DNA of 63,106 nucleotides from Octopus bimaculoides (taxonomy: Eukaryota). The stretch spans positions 55,075,031 to 55,138,136 of the forward strand of contig NC_068982.1 of assembly GCF_001194135.2 (NCBI RefSeq). The letters are read 5' to 3'. Under the pieces are notes generated by a model. The model was not told the origin of the DNA. It ran no database searches and saw nothing but the letters and a program-made list of their open reading frames with translations. The position numbers were made by a program, and so were the translations under genes. Of the stretch, positions 52,930-63,106 are shown in pieces (position 1 is the first letter of the stretch; every line of letters begins with the position of its first letter).

Positions 52930-54330
52930 TACTTGGTAATAGGTTCTCTGACACCTATTGCATTCCTTTTGCATTAATGTATTAAATTCTGTAAAATCAT
53001 TCTCAACCTTTTCACCAGATGAATTGTTAAATAGCAAAGCAGGCTTCAACTTATGCCGGCCTTTCTTTAGTGTTAATGCTTCCACTTCCCTCTTTCCTCT
53101 AGCAATGAACCAAAGAACATCGTTCATTTTATATTTGGTACAAACTTGCCAGTATTCACCACACCACATTTAACAAGCATTTCATGGAAAGTGAGCCCAT
53201 TTAGTCTTTAGAGGGTGCTTTATTCTTTGGACTTGGAGTTAGATTAGATATGGTTGGTTGTTAAATACACTGTGCGTAATTTTTTCTTAGACATGAGTTC
53301 AGCTTTGATGTGCACAGAACAAGCGTCCAAAATAAGATGAACTTTGCAGCCTGCTGATAGGCCAAAAGTTGTGCCGCGTACTCTAGCTTCTGGCAAGAAT
53401 TTTTTTTTAATCATCATAGTATATTATCGGTCGTAAACTAGTAATTTTTATTTGTACAATATGTTACTGGATAGACTTCAACAGTTTTCAAGGCACCTGG
53501 GCATTTATTATTTCTTATTGCCGATGACTTACATCTATGTGTACCTGCTGCATTTGAGCACCCTAAGATGGTAATTTTGTTCTTAAATTCATTGAATCCT
53601 AAAGGCTCTCTATCGTCTTCTATCGTAATTGTTTTTCTAGATGTTCATCGCTAATATGATGCAGTTTTGCCTGCATAATACACCCACTAGGAACTGAAGC
53701 TTTAGTCAAATATAAATTTCACAAATTCATCAACATACTTTGTAGCTGCTTTGTGGTTTGCAGACCGCTTTTCTTCGCAAACCTTATTCAGAGAAATTCC
53801 ATGACGCTTCTCGAATCTTTGAAGCTATCCTTCCCAATAAGTATATGTTCTAATTTGAGTTCTTTATGAAACAACTTAGGTTGTTCCATTATCATGATAT
53901 CTGATAAGTTCACCCCATAACTCCATCTTTGTCGAAACCATTCCATCATCATTTGACTATGACCAGTACTCTTTCTATTTTTTATAACTTTCTAGTGGTC
54001 ATTTGTTTTTTCGAACCATTCTGTCTCCTTGCTCCTTGATATCATAAGCAGTAGATGAACCATAGATATCACATAGCCTATATACCGAAACACCACGGTT
54101 AATCTTTTTTAGCAGTTATGTATCATCTTGGATCGATAAGGATTTATGTTTATATTTGACACTAATAGTCCTTTTACCTGTGGTAGCCATAGCTATGGGT
54201 TACTTTAAGCTAAATTAGCAGACGTCACTTAAAATGTTGGTATCGTCTCTAATAAGTGTAGTGTGAATAATGCATATAAACACACCGTATATACAACGCC
54301 CCCGGTGGTCACGCATTGAGCTAGACTGGA
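52930..54330 (-). mobile_element. Tigger/pogo transposase remnant
   Basis: EWFRQR...LQRFEKRHGISLNKVCEEKRSA...KNKITILGCSNAAGTHR; many stops and frameshifts. Confidence 0.8.
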
Positions 54331-54419
54331 TTTCAAGTTCCTCCTCGTAATTTATCAATATTAAAAGAGGTGTCAGACCACCAGTAGTCAAAAAATCGGT
54401 GGTGCACTTGTATTATTGA

Positions 54420-55260
54420 GGGCGGTAAGTTGACGTAATTGTTAGAGTTTCGAGAAAAGTACTTCGTGGCATTCATTCCGGGACTTTACGTTCTGTGTTC
54501 AAATCCCGCAGAGGTTACTTTTGCCTTTCTTTTTTCCAGGGTGGATAACATAAAGTACCAGTAAAGTACTGGGTAGATATAGTCGAGTAACCGCCACCTC
54601 TTAAAATTTCTGGCCTTATGCCAAAATTTCAAGCAGTTATTTGAAGGCCGGTAGCTGGCAGATTCGTTAGACCGTCGGATTAAAAGTTTAGCGGTATTTC
54701 TTCCGACTTATTACGTCCAGAGTTCGAATTCCACTGCAGCCAACTTTGCCATGTACGGTTCCAATGTTAATAAAATATGTTACCAGTCAAGTACTGAGAT
54801 CGATCGTATTGACTAACCCTTCACCTCAGAAATTTTTGGCCTTGTGCCAAAATTTGAAGCAATTATTACTGTTAAAGGTAGACAGCTGTCAGAATCGTTA
54901 GAGTGTCAGAATAATCCCTTCTGGTATTTTTCCGGCTCTTTACGTTCTGACAATTTTTTGCCCTTCGTTTTTTTCAAAATGAATAAAATAAAATATCTCT
55001 TCAAACTTGCTGAATTGACGGCCTTGAGTTTAGGTGAGAAACTATTATTAATACGAGGGATGGGTTGTTGGCAGAATCGTTAGAATGTTGGAGAGGATAT
55101 CTTGCAGTATTTATTCCGGGTTTTTATGCTCTGAGTTCAAATCTTCCTGAGGTCAACTTTGTCTTTCATCCTTTCGTGGTCAATAAAAATAAAGTACCAA
55201 TCAAAATCTGTAGCCTTTCATTCATTAATACTAGATAAAGTACCTATCGAGTATCAGGAT
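54420..55260 (+). mobile_element. Array of four diverged head-to-tail SINE C copies
   Basis: Heads at about 54421, 54646, 54876 and 55060, each with (GCTG)GCAGAATCGTTAG-like and GTTCAAAT boxes. Confidence 0.8.
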
Positions 55261-55512
55261 AAATAAAATCAACTTAGCTCCTCACTAAAATTTACGATTT
55301 TCGTCGTCGTCGTCGTCGTAGTAGTAGTAGTAGTAGTTTCACCTGGAAATACTTTGGTAGAGAAACAAGTGCCATACCTTCACACAAACAGGAGCCAAAA
55401 ACAAAAAAAATGAAAGGCTCTCATGCCACGCTAACGTACATACGAATAGAAATTTGCATTGAACATTATATTAGTAACGTTTGCTACACAGCATACACAA
55501 CAGAAAACTCAC

Positions 55513-55725
55513 ATCTAACTGTTTAAATTCGAGCTGTGGGTCAGGTGTAAAATAGTAATGGTCATACGGCACCATTTGATAAAATAGATCAGACTTCCGA
55601 TGCATTGTTATGGAAGCAGTTGCAATCCAGGTGTGTTTACTGATAGCAATGGAATTTCTCACGCTTTCTTTATTCATTCTGATCTGTCTTTGCCCTGAAT
55701 CGTAACAGTGTGGGTTAATTTCGAA
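55513..55725 (-). pseudogene. Candidate exon with a 71-codon open frame
   Basis: FEINPHCYDSGQRQIRMNKESVRNSIAISKHTWIATASITMHRKSDLFYQMVPYDHYYFTPDPQLEFKQLD|gtgagt; acceptor is weak. Confidence 0.35.
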
Positions 55726-55957
55726 TCAAACAACCTTTACCTGTTTCATTTTTCTTTCGGCGTGTGTGTGTGTATTTTCTTTGCTTTCATTTTTTTTTCT
55801 TTTACGATGTGCTTACTTTTGACTGCTGATGATAGTTATGGAGATGAAGTCATTATTTAGGACACAGATGACGGGAGTAAAGCTGCGTAGACACTATCTG
55901 TTGCAGGTGTACGTACTAAGGCTACAAGCATATTTGCTATTTTGTGAATATACGTAT

Positions 55958-56028
<71 letters not shown>

Positions 56029-56741
56029 TACACACACACGCACGGACGCACATGCATACATATACATGCATGTATGTATGTATATACATACATACATGCA
56101 CGTATGTATATACATATACATTTATATATATATATATACATTTATATATATATACATATATATATGTAAATATACATTTAAGAATACATATATATATATA
56201 TATATATATATANNNNNNNNNNNNNNNNNNNNNNNNNNNNNNNNNNNNNNNNNNNNNNNNNNNNNNNNNNNNNNNNNNNNNNNNNNNNNNNNNNNNNNNN
56301 NNNNNNNNNNNNNNNNNNNNNNNNNNNNNNNNNNNNNNNNNNNNNNNNNNNNNNNNNNNNNNNNNNNNNNNNNNNNNNNNNNNNNNNNNNNNNNNNNNNN
56401 NNNNNNNNNNNNNNNNNNNNNNNNNNNNNNNNNNNNNNNNNNNNNNNNNNNNNNNNNNNNNNNNNNNNNNNNNNNNNNNNNNNNNNNNNNNNNNNNNNNN
56501 NNNNNNNNNNNNNNNNNNNNNNNNNNNNNNNNNNNNNNNNNNNNNNNNNNNNNNNNNNNNNNNNNNNNNNNNNNNNNNNNNNNNNNNNNNNNNNNNNNNN
56601 NNNNNNNNNNNNNNNNNNNNNNNNNNNNNNNNNNNNNNNNNNNNNNNNNNNNNNNNNNNNNNNNNNNNNNNNNNNNNNNNNNNNNNNNNNNNNNNNNNNN
56701 NNNNNNNNNNNNNNNNNNNNNNNNNNNNNNNNNNNNNNNNN

Positions 56742-56784
<43 letters not shown>

Positions 56785-57254
56785 TATATTTGTGCAGATA
56801 TATATATTTTTTTGTGTGTGTACATATATGTATACGTGTATATATACATGTGTACACACATGCGCACGCACACAGATACAGAATATTAATTAATAGGAGA
56901 TGGATTTTGTATTAGACCTTTGTTAGGTACAGCATGTTTCGACACATCTCTTCAGATACATTGATAAAGATGTCTCACTACATATTTTAATGTCGGCTGG
57001 CAAAAGGAAGCCTAGAGTGAGACGACAAAGTCAAGGCAGCGTGAAATTTCTAGGACATTTATAACGCGAAAGGTAACCTTACAGTTGTTTCAGGAAAATA
57101 AAAGATATCCCAAACTCAGAGACGATATGAGTGAGTTAAATAGAAGGATATAGTAGAGTCCAATAAGCAAAGGTTATTTTGGAAAGGGGAAGATATACGA
57201 AATATACAAGGGAATATGAGAATAAAAAAATATGTTGATGTTAAAGCTGTTGTT

Positions 57255-57299
<45 letters not shown>

Positions 57300-57399
57300 G
57301 AGAGAGAGAGGGAGAGATGATATATATATATATGTATACATATATGTATACATATATGTGCACACACACACACATATATATATACACACACACACACAC

Positions 57400-57506
<107 letters not shown>

Positions 57507-57620
57507 CAGGTGTGTATATATATGTGTACATATATGTATATATATATATATGCACACACACACACACATATATATGTATATGTATATATGTATATCTATC
57601 TATTTATCTATCTGTCTATC

Positions 57621-57678
<58 letters not shown>

Positions 57679-58210
57679 ATGCCTTTGTAAATCGTTGGGA
57701 GACGTCTCCGAAGTCTGTATATTTGTATCAGCTTCTGCCTGGCTTTAAAGTAACGATATAATAAGCAGGTTTGAGGGAAAACGAGAAGGCTTGAAATAAA
57801 CCGCATTGATTGTTATAACTTCTGTGACGGTCTCGAAAGATCATAAGTAACGTGTCTACACCTGAGATTAACGTATACAAACAGAGAAATAAAAAAGACT
57901 TCTAAGGCTTGTCTTTTATCAGGTCGTTCCTGTTGTAGCTCGATACGTAACTTTCCCTGTATATATGAAACGTCAATCAATCATAAGTTATAACATAAAT
58001 AGTTATACATTTGTTCTGTATTTACATTTTGTTTCAGCAACCAGTCTCTGTATTCACATCAAAGACTTTCGTCAAAGCGTATGCAAATATTTTGAAGGAA
58101 GGGTCTTTTTTTGTCGTTATGATAAATAGAGATTTTTGATTGTGGTACACTAGGATTTTATAAGGAATATCTATGTGTGTATGTGTATGTGTGTGTGGGT
58201 GGGGGGAGTA

Positions 58211-59076
58211 ATGGGTTGGCACCTAAGTTCCCGCCGATTTTTAAAATTTAAATTTTTTAAAAGGTTTAAAAAAAATAACTAATTAATCAATAATGTATTC
58301 ACTCTTCTTCCCAACGTTCAACACGATTTTCAATACCTCGTTCGTAGAAATCACCCGATTTCGACTCGAAAAATTGATCCAACCAAGCTCTCAATTCTGC
58401 ATCAGTATTGAACGAAACTCCGCGCATAGCATTTGAAAGAGATCGAAAGAAGTGGAAATCAACACAGCTATTCATGAGTACGGTGAGTGTGGCAGCACTT
58501 CCCAGCCATGCGTTTGAATGGCTTCCTTGGTCATATTGGCGATATGAAGGCGGGTGTTGTCGTACAGTAGAACTCCATGCTGCCGCTTACGTCTTTTCTC
58601 TTGAATAGCCGTGCTTAGTCGTTCCATCTGTTGAACACAGTGTTCCGCGTTGACCGTTTGGTTACGTTCAAACAATTCGTAATGGATAATCCCTTCCCAG
58701 TCTCACCATACGCACGACATCGTTTTACGCGGATGAAGATCTTGTTTCACCCGCGGTGTCGCTTGTTTACCGGGACTAAGCCATTCCTTACGCTGCTTCA
58801 TATTGATGTACAGGCACCATTTTTCGTCGCCAATAACGATTCGGTAAAGAAATCGTTGCTTGTATCCATGAGTTGAGCGGTAATGAGGAAGGAAACCAGC
58901 GGAGGTTGTGGCTCGTTGATTTTTGTTGTTGTCACTTAAGCATGCGAAATCCATGCACCATACTTCTGAAACTTTCCCATCGAGTGAAGATGTTTTTCTA
59001 AGGCAGTATGGTAGCATTCCATTTTCTCTGCCAGTTCCCTTGTCGTTTGACGAGAATTTTCGTGCAAAAGTTGGTT
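58211..59076 (-). mobile_element. Mariner (third family), 3' two-thirds
   Basis: TIR ATGGGTTGGCACCTAAGTTCCCGCCGATTTT after TA; IVIGDEKW...DLHPRK, LLYDNTRLH, LPHSPYS. Confidence 0.9.
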
Positions 59077-59529
59077 NNNNNNNNNNNNNNNNNNNNNNNN
59101 NNNNNNNNNNNNNNNNNNNNNNNNNNNNNNNNNNNNNNNNNNNNNNNNNNNNNNNNNNNNNNNNNNNNNNNNNNNNNNNNNNNNNNNNNNNNNNNNNNNN
59201 NNNNNNNNNNNNNNNNNNNNNNNNNNNNNNNNNNNNNNNNNNNNNNNNNNNNNNNNNNNNNNNNNNNNNNNNNNNNNNNNNNNNNNNNNNNNNNNNNNNN
59301 NNNNNNNNNNNNNNNNNNNNNNNNNNNNNNNNNNNNNNNNNNNNNNNNNNNNNNNNNNNNNNNNNNNNNNNNNNNNNNNNNNNNNNNNNNNNNNNNNNNN
59401 NNNNNNNNNNNNNNNNNNNNNNNNNNNNNNNNNNNNNNNNNNNNNNNNNNNNNNNNNNNNNNNNNNNNNNNNNNNNNNNNNNNNNNNNNNNNNNNNNNNN
59501 NNNNNNNNNNNNNATATAAATGTATGTGT

Positions 59530-60722
59530 GTGTTTTTTTTTTCAATTGCATAAAAAGTTTGAGGGGAACGAGATAAACTACCTGCATCAACTTGCTATAA
59601 AACCAGGTAGTATTTTTACCTTGTACTTATTCTTAGTTCAAGTTTTGAAGAGTGCAGTTCGATCTTAGCAGTTACATTTTCAAAGCTGTAATGGAAGTGA
59701 CAAAGGAGCATATTCGGCATATTTTGCTTTGAGTTCAATAAAGGCATCAGCGCAACGGAAAGTGGAAGGGATATTAATGCAGTATATGGGGATCGAACAA
59801 TAAGCGTAAGCCGGTGTCAACGGTGGTTCCAGAAATTCCGAGCAGGAAACTATAGCCTACAAGACGCGCCTCGTCCTGGAAGATCTGTAGAGCTCGACGA
59901 GTACGTCCTGCAAACCCTCGTGGAACAAAATCCCATCGTAACTGTTGAAGAACTTGCAGAGCAGCTTAGATTTGGTCATTCAACCATTCATTGACACTTG
60001 CGTGCCATCGGAAAAGTCAGCAAATTGTGTCAATGGGTTCCTCACAGACTTTTCGAGTCTAATTTCGTTTAGAGAGTGAATGTGTGCGCTTCTTTGCTGT
60101 CACGTCTCACGAATGAACCTCTTTTGGACCGAATTGTGACTAATGATGAGAAATGGGTTCGCTATGAAAATGTCAAGTACCGAACACAGTGGATAGGAAA
60201 AGGAGAAAGACCGGCATCCCAGGCTGAAGAAGGTCTTCACCCACGTAAGGTTTTGTTATCTGTTTGGTAGGATATGATAAGTTTAGTCTGCTTTGAAGTT
60301 TTGAATCCAAACCAAACGATAAGAATAGGGATCTACTGCGAGCAGCTTGAGCGACTTAGGTGAGCACTAGAAGAAAAACGATCATCTTAGTTTCAAAGCG
60401 AAAGGTGTTCTTCCATGAGGATAAAACTCGGCCACATACATCGAGGATGGCATATCAAAGGCTGGAGCAGTTTAAATGGGAAACGATGCCCCACCCACCA
60501 TATTCGCCGGATATTACCCCATCTGATTATCATTTATTCCGCAGTCTTCAAAATCATTTGGACGGAAAAAATATGAATTCGATAGACGAGCTCAGAACAG
60601 TATTGGAAGACTATTTTTCGTCACAGACAAGTGAATTTTGGAAGAAGGGCCTTGCAAGTCTACCAGATAGATGGAAGAGCATTGTAGAAAATGAAGGAGA
60701 GTATTTTAGGTTAAAAAAGAAT
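59530..60722 (+). mobile_element. Near-full-length mariner, inactivated
   Basis: MEVTKEHIRHIL...QRWFQKFR...WVPH...IVTNDEKW...LHPRKVLL...HEDKTRPH...HPPYSPDITPSDYHLF, with stops and frameshifts. Confidence 0.93.
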
Positions 60723-60732
60723 NNNNNNNNNN

Positions 60733-60804
<72 letters not shown>

Positions 60805-61115
60805 ATTCCGACGAATAAAAAATATTACACACGTGTGCTTACATTTATCTTATTCATCACTTAACACAAATTATCTTCTCCAAATGTACACTTGTATATT
60901 TTTAAAGGATAATTTCAAAAGAAAACAAGGTTATCGAAATGCTATCCTATTGTATTGACTGGTGACATGTTTGGACAATAGATTACAGTCATTAGTATTA
61001 TTATGACTGGAGCAAATACATGAAACTATTGCATAGCATTTGTGCGTTTGTATTCATGTTGTAATCATTTTATCCTTGTAGCACATATTATGGAGAGAGG
61101 GAGAAATAGAGAGAC

Positions 61116-61364
61116 CGGTGATGCAATGATTTAGGATCTCGGGAGTAATTTTTCCATATTTCATTGTTATCTTTATATCAGCGGAAATTGTGACTAAACC
61201 CATCCCTTTTCCGGCATTGTAAATATTTTGAACATAAATCTTTTGATCATCCACAATGAAATTATGGGTTACAATAGTGTCTTTTCCTGTAAAAGAAATT
61301 CCAGTGGATTTAGATACAAAGTTGATAGAAGCACGTGCAAACTTTCATCTTGGATTATTACCAT
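61116..61364 (-). pseudogene. Decayed 249-nt symmetric phase-1 exon
   Basis: gatcctacag|AT + 82 codons + G|gtctct (weak donor); one TGA: GNNPR*KFARASINFVSKSTGISFTGKDTIVTHNFIVDDQKIYVQNIYNAGKGMGLVTISADIKITMKY... Confidence 0.55.
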
Positions 61365-61464
61365 CTGTAGGATCGTAAATTATCATTCAACTTTTAATCG
61401 CAAATATGAGGATTGTAGATCTGGTCCTTATGAGCTTTTCGCTGGCAACTGATACGTTTGCCTG

Positions 61465-61660
61465 CTGGAATGACTTCAGAATATATGGGGAGTGTGGAGC
61501 AGTCGATTAGATCGACCCCAGTACGCAACTGGTATTTAATTTACCGACCCCGAAGGGATGAAAGGCAACGTCGAACTCGGCGGAATTTGAACTCAGAATG
61601 TAAAGACAGACGAAATAAGCATTTCGCCAACGTGCTAACGTTTCTGCCAGCTCGCTGCCT
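61465..61660 (-). mobile_element. SINE family C
   Basis: CGACCCCGAAGGGATGAAAGGC...CTAACGTTTCTGCCAGC. Confidence 0.85.
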
Positions 61661-61998
61661 TAGTTTCCAACGTTATTTATCGAAAAATGCCTCTATTTAG
61701 ACGATGCTAAAGGGGAATAACTGGTATGCTTACAAACGCGTTATTAAAAAGGAAAAAAGGTGGATTTTTATTTATTTCAAGATATACTTCTTTCGAAGAA
61801 ATGTTTAGACGATTATGTTTTGGAAACAAGACTATGGAGAGTAAGAACTGTGTTTGCGTGTGTGTGCATGAGTGCGTTTACTATGTGCGAATGCGTATGC
61901 ATCGCTATGTATGCATTTGTGTAAGAGGACACACACACATACATACATACATACATACATACATACATACATACATACATACATACATACATACATAC

Positions 61999-62567
61999 AA
62001 AGTGCAGACATAATAGACCGGATATAGTAATCTGGGACAGAGAAGAGAAACTCTGTACAGTAGTAGAAATCAGCTGTCCTGCGGATGTCAACATCCCACT
62101 AAAGATTAGAGAAAAAGAAAACAACTACGCCGAGCTACTGAGAAATTTGCAGATACTCCACCCAGACTACAAGTTCAGATTCATACCCGTGATTGTTGGG
62201 GCATTGGAATATGTAACGAACTGCCTCAACAAAAACCTGGAAAAATTAGGGTTCTCAAAACCTGAAAGAAAAAGGCTGATTAGAAGACTACAGATTCAAG
62301 CCATCAATGGAACTGTAAAGATATGTAAAACTTTCCAAAAATTTAGCACGTAAATACATATGCATGCATCTAGACATAAAAACGCATCCATAAAACAAAC
62401 ATACAAATCTGCGCATACACTAACACCAAATACTGCACACACACACGCATATGCACAAATACTTAGATGATGTTGATAAAAGTTCCAATGAAAGAGCCTT
62501 GAATCTATGTTAGAGTCCGGCTCTTTCTCTATGGACAAGAAATACAGAAATGAAACTGATTGATAAC
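61999..62567 (+). mobile_element. 5'-truncated RLE LINE, same family as 18.4-19.3 kb
   Basis: Intact frame KCRHNRPDIVIWD...VEISCP...IPVIVGALEYV...KTFQKFST*, then a UTR ending GATAAC; 5' end joined to (CATA)n at 61937-61998. Confidence 0.92.
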
Positions 62568-63106
62568 ATAATAATCCCTGTCTATTCTGTGGACTAACGA
62601 AGATCATTACTAGAATTTCTGAACGACTCTCGAGATGCCTACACGTATATAAATGTACTTTCGCATAATGCAGTGGGAGTAACAATTAACTTAATTTAAT
62701 TTACTTTAAGGTATGGATACTTGTATGAGCAAGTGGACACGCGCTATGCAGCTTGCCCGAGGGCGTTCATACAGCCATATCTGTTAACGGTTATTTCAAT
62801 AATATTTTTCTTGCTGGATTGCGTGTTCGTTTCTCTATTTGCCATCTGTGATTTTATTTTTGATCTGCTATATAAATGAAGATATTTCCTCCGTCTGGTT
62901 GCTTTTCTTCCTACAAAACGGGAAGTTACATTGCGGGACATCACTAGACGAGATACATCTATACCAGCGGATTCCCTTGAACTAGTTGTTGAGTGTCCCA
63001 CTCATGAAGAATCGAAGCTACATATGTCGAAACAATTGTCATGATTAATAATAAATTCTCGTATATTCCATCTTCCGTCTTTCATTTGCCATATATATAT
63101 ATATAT

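Noticed and set aside
58211-60722. Divergent mariners as a composite transposon
   Set aside because: They belong to different families, and the junction lies in a gap.

Overview
AT-rich, microsatellite-dense metazoan DNA from a gapped draft assembly. The SINE families and repeat landscape look cephalopod (Octopus-like); this is inferred from recalled repeat consensi, not from a search. No intact protein-coding gene, rRNA, true tRNA or CRISPR array is supported. Most supplied ORFs are artefacts of N-gaps, microsatellites or antisense transposon frames. The window holds three tRNA-derived SINE families, at least seven fragments of restriction-like-endonuclease (R4/Dong-like) LINEs mostly joined to (TAA)n or (CATA)n microsatellites, four mariner copies, Tigger/pogo, Chapaev3 and hAT/Tc2 MITEs. 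Two layers are not visible in the ORF track. (1) Three well-formed type I hammerhead ribozyme motifs on the minus strand (15.3, 39.2, 52.1 kb); one starts 4 nt inside a 5' splice site. There are also two relics. (2) A decayed multi-exon minus-strand gene spanning about 58 kb (61.4 to 2.9 kb). It has mostly phase-1 exons with splice signals and scattered stops, ends in a transmembrane-like exon, and belongs to a family I cannot recognise. None of this is shown to be novel; searches and assays are needed.
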